DNA of 64,000 bases, taken from NCBI GenBank assembly GCA_037917685.1, contig JAVCBU010000003.1:221320-285319 (forward strand), given 5' to 3'. Origin of the DNA: Thermoproteota archaeon. Lineage in GTDB: Archaea > Korarchaeota > Korarchaeia > Korarchaeales > JAOZGB01. This document shows, piece after piece, positions 1-10,143 of this stretch. Numbering within the stretch: position 1 is the stretch's first letter; each line of letters starts with the position of its first letter. The notes beneath the pieces are model-generated. The model was not told the origin of the DNA and searched no databases. It saw nothing but the letters and a program-made list of their open reading frames with translations. The position numbers and the translations under genes were made by a program.

Positions 1-351
1 CTCCACATAGGAACAGTCGTCGGAAAGCTTGAGTCCCCACTAGAAGAGGTAAAGGCAATAAGACAGTCCCTAATAGAAGAGCTAGATCACATGAAGAAAA
101 CGTTCCCAGTAAGCTCTGGAGGGCTGCACCCAGGCCTGCTCCCGGAAGTAATGAGAATATTCGGGACAGACTTCGTTGTACAGGTAGGAGGGGGAGTATG
201 GGGCCACCCTTGGGGTGGGAAGGCGGGAGCGATGGCGGTGAGACAGGCGATAGAGGCGACACTTAAAGGAATAAGCCTAGACGAATATGCAAGGGAAAAA
301 CCGGAACTAAGAGAAGCTCTGAAAAAGTGGGGATATGCGAAGCCAAAATAA
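1..351 (+). CDS. rbcL: Form III ribulose-1,5-bisphosphate carboxylase large subunit, C-terminal part (5' end outside window)
   Basis: Frame 1 is open from base 1: LHIGTVVGKLE (loop 6 Lys), PVSSGGLHPG, QVGGGVWGHP, ELREALKKWG. Confidence 0.9.
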   Translation, partial: LHIGTVVGKLESPLEEVKAIRQSLIEELDHMKKTFPVSSGGLHPGLLPEVMRIFGTDFVVQVGGGVWGHPWGGKAGAMAVRQAIEATLKGISLDEYAREKPELREALKKWGYAKPK

Positions 352-528
352 CCTAAATATCCATAGGAGTGAATGCCCTGTGTGGTTAGTCGCGCGCAAA
401 GCCAGGCTTAAGCCGAAGGCAAATCCGTAGAACAGCCAATCGTACCCGTAGCACGCTTTATCTGTGACTCAAGGTCTAGAAGCTACGATCTGACCGGGTA
501 CGCGTGGAGGCTGAGTTGATGTTCTGGC

Positions 529-925
529 TTACCATTTCCGCTTTATGTTTGGTATTCTGTCGAATGCTTTATCGGTTGATACTACTATGCCGTCGTGCTG
601 GAGGGCTTCAGAGGCTACTCCTGCATCGAAGTAGTCGAGTTTGTGCTCCATTTCAAGCTTCGCAGACAGATATAGTGTTAGCGGTGTTATTCTACCCATC
701 CTGTCCTTGACTTGTGGATAGTCTGCCAGGAGTAGGGCTAGCTTTTCCATCCTCTCCTCAGGGGGGAACCCTCGGCTTTTCAGGACAATGTCAAACTCCA
801 CTAGGGCTAGGCATGAAAGAACGTAGTCCTCCTCCCGTAGCTTTTCCATGAATACATGCCTTTTCATGTTTCGGACCCGTGGAGTCGGCGGCTGCGAAAA
901 GGACGACAGTATCTAGTACTGGCAT
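529..925 (-). pseudogene. vapC: PIN-domain (VapC) toxin, frameshifted near 850-860
   Basis: ATG at 925 overlaps the antitoxin stop (TAATG) and reads MPVLDTVVLFAAAD..KHEKA. The remainder (MEKLREEDYVLS..LDYFDAGVA..STDKAFDRI) is in another frame; the span is 397 nt (3n+1). Confidence 0.75.
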
Positions 926-1146
926 TATCCTCCACCTAGCAGGTATCTTGTAGCCTCATGCTCCTCCTCTCTGAAGCTGAACCCGTCCAGGCATCCCTTA
1001 AAGCTTTTCCCCTTAACTGGGACTAGGACTATGCCCCCTCTGAAGGGTATGACTATAAGCTTGTCACCCTTGCCTATACCAGCTTTACTCCTAACCTCCT
1101 TCCCAAGGGTCACCCTGTACTTATTATCGACCACGACAATGCTCAT
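925..1146 (-). CDS. AbrB/MazE/SpoVT-family antitoxin
   Basis: MSIVVVDNKYRVTLGKEVRSKAGIGKGDKL swapped-hairpin motif, directly upstream of a PIN gene. Confidence 0.85.
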   Translation of the reverse strand: MSIVVVDNKYRVTLGKEVRSKAGIGKGDKLIVIPFRGGIVLVPVKGKSFKGCLDGFSFREEEHEATRYLLGGG

Positions 1147-1260
1147 TTCCCCACTAGTCAACAATATAAACCACAAATATTTAATGATTCTGAGCTGGAG
1201 AGGCCTGCCTTAAACTTTACATTGCTGGATGCGGAAGGTTTAGCATGTTTCAACAGTTCT

Positions 1261-2097
1261 CTACAGTACCTCTACTATTCTGGTGTAGTCTTTCCTCGGG
1301 ATTAACCTCGAGGCCTTCGTATAGTTTTGGAGTGCAGCAGACGCCATTGGGAGCATCTGCCTGTTCCTAACCCCTGTTTCAACTATGTACCTCAGGTCTT
1401 TAGCTGCAAGTTCAATATAGAACTTCGCCCTTGTCTCGCTTGGGAGCATCCTGTTCCAGTAGTACTCCAACGCCTTACCGGTTGAATGTTCACGCATCAC
1501 TTCCAATATTCTCTCAGGTTTTATACCTAGAGATCTTGTTAGGGCGAGGGCCTCAGCGAGACTAGAAACCGTAGTTATAAGTATATGGTTAACAATCATC
1601 TTAACCCTACTCCCGTAGCCGGGAGGCCCTATGTAGAAAGGCTCCCCCATAGCCCTCAACACGTCTAGAACCCTTTCATAGACCTCCCTACTGCCTCCAA
1701 CCAGAATCTTAAGCTTGCCTCTCTCCGCAGCGTCAACATTTCCGAGCACCGGAGCGTCTAGGAAATGGAACCTTCTACTCTCAGCCTCTAAGGCCATCTT
1801 CTCTGAGAAGGCGGGGTAAACAGTGCTCATGTCTACAAATATGGTGCCAGGCCTAGCTTTCCGAAAAGCCTTCCGCAGAATCTTTTCAACCACGTCAGCA
1901 TCCCTAAGCATAGTAATATAGACATCTACATCAGAGGCTAAATCGCCAGGCCCGCCTGCGATGTCTGCCCCCAGCTCCCTAAAGGGCAAGGCCTTCTCAA
2001 CAGTCCTATTATAAACCTTAAGCTGAAATCCAGCCTCTAAGAGACGCCTAGCCATCGGTGCACCCATCATGCCCAAACCGGCAAATCCAACCCTCAA
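1261..2097 (-). CDS. NAD(P)-dependent beta-hydroxyacid dehydrogenase (3-hydroxyisobutyrate/tartronate semialdehyde reductase family)
   Basis: GFAGLGMMGAPMA, YNRT, DMSTV, FLDAPVLG, GSRVKMIVN. Confidence 0.9.
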   Translation of the reverse strand: MRVGFAGLGMMGAPMARRLLEAGFQLKVYNRTVEKALPFRELGADIAGGPGDLASDVDVYITMLRDADVVEKILRKAFRKARPGTIFVDMSTVYPAFSEKMALEAESRRFHFLDAPVLGNVDAAERGKLKILVGGSREVYERVLDVLRAMGEPFYIGPPGYGSRVKMIVNHILITTVSSLAEALALTRSLGIKPERILEVMREHSTGKALEYYWNRMLPSETRAKFYIELAAKDLRYIVETGVRNRQMLPMASAALQNYTKASRLIPRKDYTRIVEVL

Positions 2098-2240
2098 CTC
2101 TCACCACCTACATATCCAATACGGCTTCCTTTAATAAACAAAGCCGGAAACATCCAGCTTGTTCGGTGTTGGGGTGTGGGGATTTCCATGTCACATGGTA
2201 ACTTTTAACTTTCATGCATAGGTTACTGGTAGTGGTTGTC

Positions 2241-2645
2241 TTGCCCTTGAGAATATCAGTTGTAGACTCCGACCTTTGTGTTGGCTGTTTCAGCTGTGTC
2301 CTGGCATGTACGAGAAGGCTCGGCCTTGTCGGATATGGTAAGTCCGCCATAAGGGTTAGAAGTCTTGGAGCAATAGAGCGTGGCCACATAGTGGTTGTCT
2401 GTAGAGCCTGTCTCGACCCTCCCTGCGCTGCCTCCTGCCCCGAGGATGCTCTGAAGCCCAGGGAGGGTGGTGGGGTGACGTTTAATCCCGACATGTGTAT
2501 TGGCTGCGGCTACTGTGTGGAAGCCTGCCCCTTTGGAGCTGTAAACTGGGATAGCGAGGTGAATAAGCCTATCTTCTGCATCTACTGCGGCTACTGTGCC
2601 AAGTACTGTCCGTACGGCGTGATAAAGCTTGAAGAGGTGGGATAA
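2241..2645 (+). CDS. 4Fe-4S polyferredoxin (DmsB/HycB-like), small partner of AOR
   Basis: CVGCFSCVLAC, CRACLDPPCAASCP, CIGCGYCVEACP, CIYCGYCAKYCP; stop overlaps the AOR start. TTG start at 2241 preferred over 2214. Confidence 0.85.
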   Translation: MPLRISVVDSDLCVGCFSCVLACTRRLGLVGYGKSAIRVRSLGAIERGHIVVVCRACLDPPCAASCPEDALKPREGGGVTFNPDMCIGCGYCVEACPFGAVNWDSEVNKPIFCIYCGYCAKYCPYGVIKLEEVG

Positions 2646-4384
2646 TGGAAGCTCTAAATAGAGTTCTGTATATTGATCTTTCACGCAAGAAGTATTGGGT
2701 TGAAGACCGGAGCGACCTCTTCGAAAAATGGCTTGGAGGAGTAGGTGTAGGGGTGAAACTTCTCCAGGAGGAGACAAATGGAAACACCGATCCTCTCGGA
2801 CCTGAGAACACTATTGTGTTCTGTGTTGGCCCGTTTAACGCGGCCTATCCGATGGGCTCGAAAGTTGCAGCCTTATTTAAGAGCCCGCTCACAGGGAACT
2901 TGGGGGAAAGCTACGCGGGGGGTAGAGCTGGGACGGCTCTGAGGCTGGCAGGCTACGGGGCCCTGGTGATAAAGGGTAGAAGCAACTACCCCATGTATAT
3001 CGCCGTACACGGTGGGAAAGTCTACTTTAGGGATGCGCGTGGGCTATGGGGCATGAGCAGCAGCATAACGGTTGGAAGGGTTATAGCTGAAAGGGAGCCC
3101 ATGGCTGGGCAGAGGACAATAATGAGGATAGGGCTGGCGGGAGAGAAGCTTATACCTTATGCATGCGTTGTAACGGAGACCTGCAGGCACTTCGGCAGGC
3201 TGGGCCTCGGGGCTGTTTTCGGCTCGAAAAAATTGAAAGCGGTGGTAATCTCTGGGAACCTTGCCATCCCAGTCATGGATAAACAAGCGTACCGTGAGAT
3301 GTACGACCGGATTTTCAGCCTCGCCGTGACTAGCGGCCTCATGAGAAAGTATCACGAGCTAGGGACACCGATGAACGTGAACCCGTTGAACGAGCTCGGA
3401 GGCCTACCGACCATGAACCTTAATACGGGGCGATTTGAACACGCTGAGGAGATGTCAGGTGAAGCGCTAGCCTCAAAATACCTGGGTAGGAGGCTTGCAT
3501 GCAGCAACTGTCCTGTTGCCTGCATCCACCTGGCAGCCCTCCGGGAGGAATACCCGCACGAGCCCTACTTCTACAAGACAAGCTTCATAAACTATGACTA
3601 CGAGCCAATATATGCCCTCGGAACCATGCTTGGAGTAAAGACTGGGAGAAGAGTGCTCCAACTAATAAAAGTAGTTGAGGACTACGGTCTCGACGCTATG
3701 AGCCTCGGGGTAACCCTTGCATGGGCGACGGAAGCCCAGGAGAAAGGCATAATAGACCTGGGAGAAATCAAACTCAGCTGGGGAGATGTAGAATCCTATA
3801 CGAAAGCCATACGGCTGATTGTAGAAGGCTCAGGGGTCTTCTCAGACCTTGCAAAGGGAGTTAAACACTGCGCTGTAAAATATGGAGGCGAAGAGTTCGC
3901 CCTCCATTACGGCGGGCTGGAAATGCCTGGCTACCATACCGGGCCGCTGGCACATCTAGGATTCCTAACGGGTGCCAGACACAGCCACCTTGACTCGGCA
4001 GGATACTCTCTAGATCAGAAGCTAAGGCAGCTCCCCAGTCCAGAGGAGTCTGTTGAAAAGCTTACAGAGGAGGAGGCTAGGAGAACCGTGCTCAACAGTC
4101 TTGTTGTATGCCTCTTCTCCAGGGGGATATACACCTTCCAGCATATATCGGAAGCTTTGAAACCCTTTGGCATAAACTACACTGTTGAAGACCTTGAAAA
4201 ACTTGGAACAGCGATCTACAGGGAGAGATGGAGGATTAAGCTCGAGTTTGGCTTCAAAGTCGAAGACTTGAAGGTGCCAGAGAGGGTGTATGAGACACCA
4301 GCAGGCCAGTGGGGAAACATAGACAGGGAATACATGGAAACAGCAATCAGCAAGTTCAAGGAGAAAATTGAGAGCCTCACATGA
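2645..4384 (+). CDS. aor: Tungsten aldehyde:ferredoxin oxidoreductase family protein
   Basis: KSPLTGNLGESYAGG, GRLGLGAVFGSKKLKA, ACSNCPVAC, DYEP, EDYGLDAMS, SLVVCLF. Confidence 0.92.
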   Translation: MEALNRVLYIDLSRKKYWVEDRSDLFEKWLGGVGVGVKLLQEETNGNTDPLGPENTIVFCVGPFNAAYPMGSKVAALFKSPLTGNLGESYAGGRAGTALRLAGYGALVIKGRSNYPMYIAVHGGKVYFRDARGLWGMSSSITVGRVIAEREPMAGQRTIMRIGLAGEKLIPYACVVTETCRHFGRLGLGAVFGSKKLKAVVISGNLAIPVMDKQAYREMYDRIFSLAVTSGLMRKYHELGTPMNVNPLNELGGLPTMNLNTGRFEHAEEMSGEALASKYLGRRLACSNCPVACIHLAALREEYPHEPYFYKTSFINYDYEPIYALGTMLGVKTGRRVLQLIKVVEDYGLDAMSLGVTLAWATEAQEKGIIDLGEIKLSWGDVESYTKAIRLIVEGSGVFSDLAKGVKHCAVKYGGEEFALHYGGLEMPGYHTGPLAHLGFLTGARHSHLDSAGYSLDQKLRQLPSPEESVEKLTEEEARRTVLNSLVVCLFSRGIYTFQHISEALKPFGINYTVEDLEKLGTAIYRERWRIKLEFGFKVEDLKVPERVYETPAGQWGNIDREYMETAISKFKEKIESLT

Positions 4385-5150
4385 CCTCACATGTTACGGG
4401 TAAAGCTGCAAGTAGAGCTGCACCCTTTGCAACGGCATGTTTAAGCCTGGTCTTCAGAATCCTAGGCTTGAAACCTGGCAGTAGATGCTCGTAGACCAGG
4501 CTTCTAAGCATTCGAATATCTAGTGCTAACCCTATACCCCCGCCGAGCACCAATACTTCAGGGTCTAAGATGTGGACAAGGCTGGCTAGAGCCTTTGCTA
4601 ACACCAACATTCTCTTAGGTTTGTTTACAGCACTCTTGTCTCCCTTAAAAGACCAGCCAGAATAGTAGGCTTCAAGATGGTCTGGTAGTCCGCATATGCA
4701 TCTATGCCCATCCATCCCTACATACGTGTGGCCAAGCTCTCCAGCATTGCCGGCTCCGAGGTAGGGTCTTCCATTAATTATTAGTCCAAGCCCTATTCCT
4801 GTTCCTATGGTTACTCCGGCAAGGCTAGAAGTATATGGGTGTTCAAGCTGGTGGGAGGCATGGGCGAACGCTTCAGAATCCTTGAAATACGAAACATTCT
4901 CCGCCGGGGGCAGCCTGACCGTGGCTTTAAGGGACGCCATATAAACCCTATCAGCGTTTATTCTTACACCCGCCAGGGCTACTCCAAAAGCGTCACACTT
5001 ACACCTTCCAGCAAGCTTCGAAATGAACTTGTCAAGGCTACTTAAAATGTTCAGGCTGGTTTTACCTTGATATATAAGCCTAAACCTCCCGCCCTGTAAT
5101 TCTACTGCTACTATATTAGTGGCTCCAACATCCACTCCGATTGTGTCCAC
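4377..5150 (-). CDS. ROK family sugar kinase
   Basis: GVDVGATN, GTGIGLGLIING, GAGNAGELGH, CICG..HLEAY, ILDPEVLVLGGG. Confidence 0.85.
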   Translation of the reverse strand: MDTIGVDVGATNIVAVELQGGRFRLIYQGKTSLNILSSLDKFISKLAGRCKCDAFGVALAGVRINADRVYMASLKATVRLPPAENVSYFKDSEAFAHASHQLEHPYTSSLAGVTIGTGIGLGLIINGRPYLGAGNAGELGHTYVGMDGHRCICGLPDHLEAYYSGWSFKGDKSAVNKPKRMLVLAKALASLVHILDPEVLVLGGGIGLALDIRMLRSLVYEHLLPGFKPRILKTRLKHAVAKGAALLAALPVTCEVM

Positions 5151-5197
5151 GGCAATACATGGGTTACGATTATATTTATCTGTGCATGTTGTACTGT

Positions 5198-6142
5198 ATG
5201 GATTCCAGAGATCTCATATTGAACTTCGCGAAAGATCACGGTGTCAACATTGTAAGTGATGGTGACCTGGACGGGATATTCGCAGCAGGCCTACTTCTCC
5301 GGGGCCTGAACCTCTGTGGCGTCGAGGCCGGCTTAGACTCTGTAAGTTTCCCTCATCCTCGAAATCTCATTGGGATGAGGGTTGAAGGATCTTTTCTAAT
5401 AGAGCTTCCCCCATCGAAGGGGCTAGAATATTCCGGGTGGAACCTGCTTGTCGACCACCATGGTGGGGTGAGTGGCCTGCTTCTCTACAGGGATGGGAAG
5501 GTTGAAAACCACCTTATGATGGACGGAGCGAGCGTGGCTGAAATAGTTGTGAAGGCTCTTAGACTTGAACTGTCCTCTGAAGCGCTGCTTCTCGTCGACG
5601 CTGTTGGTAAGATAGACCAGGCAATCTACGACTCAAAGTTGATTGAGGACCTTCACAAGGCGTACCGGCTTGAAATTTCAAACCCGGACATGAGGGTTAG
5701 AGTTGCTGGCTGGGTTTACAAGGGAGAATGGCGGAGGATAATAGAGTGGGCTACAGAGACAGGCGGGAAGTGGAGCCTAGTTGAAGAGAGGGAGAAACAC
5801 CTCTACAATAATAGGGTAAGCCTGTGCAGTGGCATAGTATATTTCACATATGATGGTTATGACCCTCTTGACCAGGCAGCTATGAGGGGCGCCATGTTCA
5901 AGCTCGAAGAAGAGTATAAGGTTGTTATAGCAGTAAGGATTGAGGACGGCAAGCCTGTCTCAGCCAGTATTGGAACAAAACAAGATATTGACCTTCAACC
6001 CTTGTTCTCGAAGCTTGCAGCTTGCGGGCTAAGCGCCGGTGGTAGGGGGAACATAGGAGGAGTTCAGGTATCAGGCTTAAGCCTGGGAAACTTCCTAGAG
6101 CTGGTTAGGAAGGCGCTCTTAGAGATCGGGCTCTGTGAATAG
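5198..6142 (+). CDS. DHH/DHHA1 family phosphoesterase
   Basis: DGDLDG, LVDHH, C-terminal GGRGNIGG. ATG at 5198 preferred. Confidence 0.75.
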   Translation: MDSRDLILNFAKDHGVNIVSDGDLDGIFAAGLLLRGLNLCGVEAGLDSVSFPHPRNLIGMRVEGSFLIELPPSKGLEYSGWNLLVDHHGGVSGLLLYRDGKVENHLMMDGASVAEIVVKALRLELSSEALLLVDAVGKIDQAIYDSKLIEDLHKAYRLEISNPDMRVRVAGWVYKGEWRRIIEWATETGGKWSLVEEREKHLYNNRVSLCSGIVYFTYDGYDPLDQAAMRGAMFKLEEEYKVVIAVRIEDGKPVSASIGTKQDIDLQPLFSKLAACGLSAGGRGNIGGVQVSGLSLGNFLELVRKALLEIGLCE

Positions 6143-6937
6143 CTGTATCACGCCCATACCCATCGTCTTGTGCGTTCCAATATTAGTATACGTTGCAGCC
6201 TTCACTATTCCCGCCAGCAGTCTTGAATACTTCTCATGGTCCCTCTCGCTGAAACCTCTCTGCCTATCCACTATGTAGGCTACGTTGCCTATGAACCCCG
6301 GCAGCTTGAACTCGCCCTCCAGCCTTCGTGTTTCAAGCTTGTATCTCTTAGCTGTGACACATCTAGAAACCCACTCCTGAAGTCCCTCATACTCATGGGA
6401 GAGGAGGCTGGGATCCACGGTTTTGAATATTGAGAGCATGGAGTTCAAAATCCTCAGAGGAGTAGGAAACAAGTCATACAAGTTCGATGCCGCCATTTTG
6501 AAGCATGTAGGTGTTACAAACCTTAGGGTGAAGCTTTTAATAGGCTTGCTTCCCCCTATGATCTGCCTGAAACTTGAGGCTTCGAACTCAGCATTGGCAA
6601 CATTAAAATCTAGGCCGCCTACACTTATAGATCTCCCCAGGGACTCTATCATCCTAACACCGAAACCCTCAAAGCCCTTACTATATACGCAGACCGTAAA
6701 ATGGTAGAGACTGTTCTTCCTAATATGTCTGGGCATTCTTAGAAGCCCTCTTTCATCCCTGTAGAGTATTGGCGTCACAGAGTATGTTTTACGCTTTTCA
6801 TAGTCGTGGAGAAACGATGCAAGCTCGGGGTAGGCTTCTCCAAGCATCTTGAAGAATACCCCTTGGATATCGTGTCCTGTGAATTCTATGTTCCCCTCGG
6901 ACATGGCTGTAAGGTTAAACCTAAGCTGCTGTATCAC
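6119..6937 (-). CDS. cas6: CRISPR precrRNA-processing endoribonuclease Cas6 (stand-alone)
   Basis: ELASFLHD..KTYSVTP, FTLRFVTPTCFK, PTPLRILNS, GFIG, C-terminal G-rich loop IGTHKTMGMG. Confidence 0.88.
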   Translation of the reverse strand: MIQQLRFNLTAMSEGNIEFTGHDIQGVFFKMLGEAYPELASFLHDYEKRKTYSVTPILYRDERGLLRMPRHIRKNSLYHFTVCVYSKGFEGFGVRMIESLGRSISVGGLDFNVANAEFEASSFRQIIGGSKPIKSFTLRFVTPTCFKMAASNLYDLFPTPLRILNSMLSIFKTVDPSLLSHEYEGLQEWVSRCVTAKRYKLETRRLEGEFKLPGFIGNVAYIVDRQRGFSERDHEKYSRLLAGIVKAATYTNIGTHKTMGMGVIQLFTEPDL

Positions 6938-6988
6938 ATGTGTGAAGGGGTAAGACTAATATATAACACTATGCCACAGCTTCACGCT

Positions 6989-8260
6989 CTAGCCTACCGT
7001 AACGTTGTACGACTCCCCGTTAATTATAACCTCGTAGTCTCCCGGCTTGAGGTTTAATACCTCTATGGTTGTCATGGCACAGCCTATGCACTGGATACAC
7101 TCAACATTAAGACTATAAAGCTCGATTTCCACCACCAGCCTTTTATCCTCCAGTGTAAGGCTTATCCTTGGGGTATAGCATGGATCTGGGGTTTCGACAG
7201 TGTGCGAGATATATAGTGAGCCGTTGCTACCCTCCACCTTCACGCCTGGAGGCTTAAACATGCAGCTACAGCTGTACTGGTAGCTCCAGATCATGCCGCC
7301 TTCAAGAGCTGAGTCGATGAGTACTGGTAGGAAACCTGTTGAAATGGCATCCTCAACCGCGGACCGGGTTGCATACCTGTCATGACCCGCGATCACAAGG
7401 ATAACCTGTCCTCTAAACATGCCTGGAGGGTTGTAGTAAACCTTGTAATTGCTGTCTGTCTCCAATGCTCCAGATATGCTGGGTGGAAGCAGGAACCTTG
7501 AGAGAACGCCTATGTCCTGGTAGGCTAGAGGTCCGCCGAGGACTATTAGTACCTTGCTATCAATCCCCTCCGTAAAGTTTTCCATGGTGTACAACCTATA
7601 GGTAAGACCACGTTCTCTTAGAATTTCTTCTATAACAGGCAGGCTTAACCCCCTGTCTATACTGTTCGCCACCACACCAATTTCATCCTTGGCGTCGAAG
7701 CCGTTGACCATTATGTTTGCATGGCTTGGGCCGCACCTAAAGCCCATTTGTTCAAGGTCTACCCCCTGCTCTAGCTTCGCCCACTTAATTACAGCGTCGG
7801 CAGGCATAAAGTTCCCCTCTGTAACCATGTAGCTCGACGGGTCAGGCGGCAAGTGGATGATTCCCGCTTTCAACAAGAGACCTAGTGCGCATTCCAGCGG
7901 CTTTTCGGAGCCTTCAAGCGTCGTATTAGTTTTCAAAGCTGAATAGTTAATACCAGGGTATATCCTCGCTGTTGCCTCTATGGGTAATGGTGTCATGGGC
8001 CCGGCTGGAAGCCATATCCCAAGCCGGAAAACAACTGTTTTGAATTCCACCTCTCCACCGTCAACGGTTCTATGCACAATTGTACTCTCCCAGGCGTCAA
8101 CACCTACAGCCCTAAGCCTATTGACTGCATCTTCAACTGAGATATGCTCCCTTAGAACAACACCTATATGAGACCCGGTAGGCGGACAAGATATAACAAA
8201 AGTACAGGCAGAAAATAGGATAGCTGTGACGAGGATCACAACACCTTTAGAAATCTTCAT
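6989..8260 (-). CDS. Secreted/lipoprotein-like cell-surface protein with a C-terminal PrcB-like Cys-containing beta domain
   Basis: N-terminal hydrophobic signal; VANSID..VLIVLGGPLAY..VIAGHDRYAT module; TPDPCY..CIQCI tail. Confidence 0.55.
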   Translation of the reverse strand: MKISKGVVILVTAILFSACTFVISCPPTGSHIGVVLREHISVEDAVNRLRAVGVDAWESTIVHRTVDGGEVEFKTVVFRLGIWLPAGPMTPLPIEATARIYPGINYSALKTNTTLEGSEKPLECALGLLLKAGIIHLPPDPSSYMVTEGNFMPADAVIKWAKLEQGVDLEQMGFRCGPSHANIMVNGFDAKDEIGVVANSIDRGLSLPVIEEILRERGLTYRLYTMENFTEGIDSKVLIVLGGPLAYQDIGVLSRFLLPPSISGALETDSNYKVYYNPPGMFRGQVILVIAGHDRYATRSAVEDAISTGFLPVLIDSALEGGMIWSYQYSCSCMFKPPGVKVEGSNGSLYISHTVETPDPCYTPRISLTLEDKRLVVEIELYSLNVECIQCIGCAMTTIEVLNLKPGDYEVIINGESYNVTVG

Positions 8261-8300
8261 CAAATATAATCTCTCATGCATGGAATTTAAGCATTTCTAG

Positions 8301-8326
8301 AAAGCTTCAATGATTGTTGAAGCTTT
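8301..8326. promoter_or_regulatory. 10-bp perfect inverted repeat, possible operator of the 6989..8260 gene
   Basis: AAAGCTTCAA-TGATTG-TTGAAGCTTT just upstream (minus-strand sense) of a TATA-like CTTAAA. Confidence 0.4.
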
Positions 8327-8430
8327 TATGTATGGGCTCAACATTCCCAGCAGGGGGAGGGAAAATCGCCGTTACAGATCTATTTCGCCATGTTAGAATC
8401 TCACATAGCAAAAAAGGAGAAGGGGAGGGT

Positions 8431-10104
8431 TTACTCTTTCAATCTCTTATACGCTTTTACAGCGTCGTAGGCCACTATTGCGCCTAAGATGAATAGGACC
8501 AGGCCTACTATTCCGAATATCCCGTTTAGAGTTAAAGCTACCGTTGGATAGTTTGCGAGGCTTCCCTTCACTATGGGTGTTCCGAGTTTTATCGCGCGGA
8601 AGAACCCTGCAGATTCAAAGATTAAGGCAGCTTCACATGTTATTATCATAAATAGCGCTGGCGCCAATGTGTATATTGTTGGTCTCTTAGTCTTAGCTAG
8701 GAAGATTGTTACGAGGGTTAGCGCCAGGCCTGCTAGTAGCTGGTTTGAACCACCGAACAACAGCCACAGGTTTATCCATGCCCCTGTGTATGCGAATATA
8801 TCAGCTATTATTAGCCCTATCAATGCCCCCACATACTTGTTCCCGAGAACTCCTCCTCCCACCATGTCTCCCCAGACAAGCCAGAAGAATCTCACAGCTA
8901 TTATCCCTATCGTTATGGCGTATAGCTCAAGCCACATGGCGTAGAATGCTTTAATCCATGCAACCCCGGCTCCACCCGGTGCTATAAGCTTTGCTGCCCC
9001 TGCTACGAGGCTTTCCCATTTTACTCCTCCAAGTGTCTTTATTTCATCGGGTGTTAGAACCATATACGCCGCTAGGGATGCCAGGGCGAGTAATCCCTCT
9101 GTAAGCATTGCTCCTGCCCCTACTGGCAGAGCGTCGGTTTCAACATCTAGCTGGGTTGCTGATCCTGAGGTTGATACCAGGCTATGCCATCCTGAAATCG
9201 CACCACAAGCTATTGACACTGTTAGGATCGGCCAAATAGGCCCCGGGTTCCAGAAGTTACCGGTTGTCCCGAGTATTCCCCCCCATGCTGTCTGCTCGAT
9301 CTTAACTCCTGTTACCGGTGAGATCAGGGCCGCCAGGATTAGGAGTATGATTCCGAATATTGCTGGGTATGATGCCACGTATACTACTGGCTGGGCGAAA
9401 TACATTAACGGTGCAACTGCGCCGATAAACAGTATTATACTTGTAAATATCATCCAGAAGGTTAGGTTTGCGTACTCTATCGGGTATAGCTTGCCCAGGA
9501 TTATGCCTATTATGGTTATGATTAGTCCTATGGCTGTAGATGTCCCTATTCCCATTTTTACTTTAAACATCAGTACCCCGCTTGCTATTCCCCCTATAAT
9601 CAGGAATATGATTGATAGCACTGAGACCGGGTATGTTTTGAAGAATACGCTGCACAGGACTGCGAAAACCGCTATTATTAGGATCAGGTAGAAGAATAGG
9701 AATCCCATGAGCATCTTTCTTGCCCTTGGGCTTATATACTCGTAGGTTAGCGGCCCCATCGTTTTACCTTCATTCCTGACAGACATGAAGAGGGATGAGT
9801 AGTCATGGATCCATCCTATGAAAAAGTTTCCAAGTAGTATCCAGATGAGGGCTGGAACCCAGCCGTAGAATAATGCGATAAAGGGTCCTAGTATCGGTCC
9901 TAGGCCTGCGATGCCTTTAAACTGGAATCCGTACAGTACGTACCTGCTTACAGGGAAAAATGTTATTCCATCCATGTACATGTGGGCTGGAGTGGCCTTC
10001 TCGGGGTCGGGCTTCCAGACATTTTTGTCGTACCACTTTGCGTAGAGCTTGTACGCCGCGGCGTATACTACTAGACCTAGAACTACGAACCAGAATGGAT
10101 ACAT
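8431..10104 (-). CDS. cstA: Carbon starvation protein A (CstA) family permease
   Basis: TPAHMYMDG, IAGLGPILGP, YGWVPALIWILLGNFFIGWIHDY, IACGAISGWHSLVS, GAMLTEG, LWLLFGGSNQLLA. Confidence 0.95.
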   Translation of the reverse strand: MYPFWFVVLGLVVYAAAYKLYAKWYDKNVWKPDPEKATPAHMYMDGITFFPVSRYVLYGFQFKGIAGLGPILGPFIALFYGWVPALIWILLGNFFIGWIHDYSSLFMSVRNEGKTMGPLTYEYISPRARKMLMGFLFFYLILIIAVFAVLCSVFFKTYPVSVLSIIFLIIGGIASGVLMFKVKMGIGTSTAIGLIITIIGIILGKLYPIEYANLTFWMIFTSIILFIGAVAPLMYFAQPVVYVASYPAIFGIILLILAALISPVTGVKIEQTAWGGILGTTGNFWNPGPIWPILTVSIACGAISGWHSLVSTSGSATQLDVETDALPVGAGAMLTEGLLALASLAAYMVLTPDEIKTLGGVKWESLVAGAAKLIAPGGAGVAWIKAFYAMWLELYAITIGIIAVRFFWLVWGDMVGGGVLGNKYVGALIGLIIADIFAYTGAWINLWLLFGGSNQLLAGLALTLVTIFLAKTKRPTIYTLAPALFMIITCEAALIFESAGFFRAIKLGTPIVKGSLANYPTVALTLNGIFGIVGLVLFILGAIVAYDAVKAYKRLKE

Positions 10105-10143
10105 GTCGGGTCTTATACTAAGTGCCGTATTAGCTTTTAAAAT

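Noticed and set aside
2186-2198. CCATGTCACATGG palindrome upstream of the ferredoxin-aor operon
   Set aside because: Short, single occurrence, and matches no regulator motif I can name.
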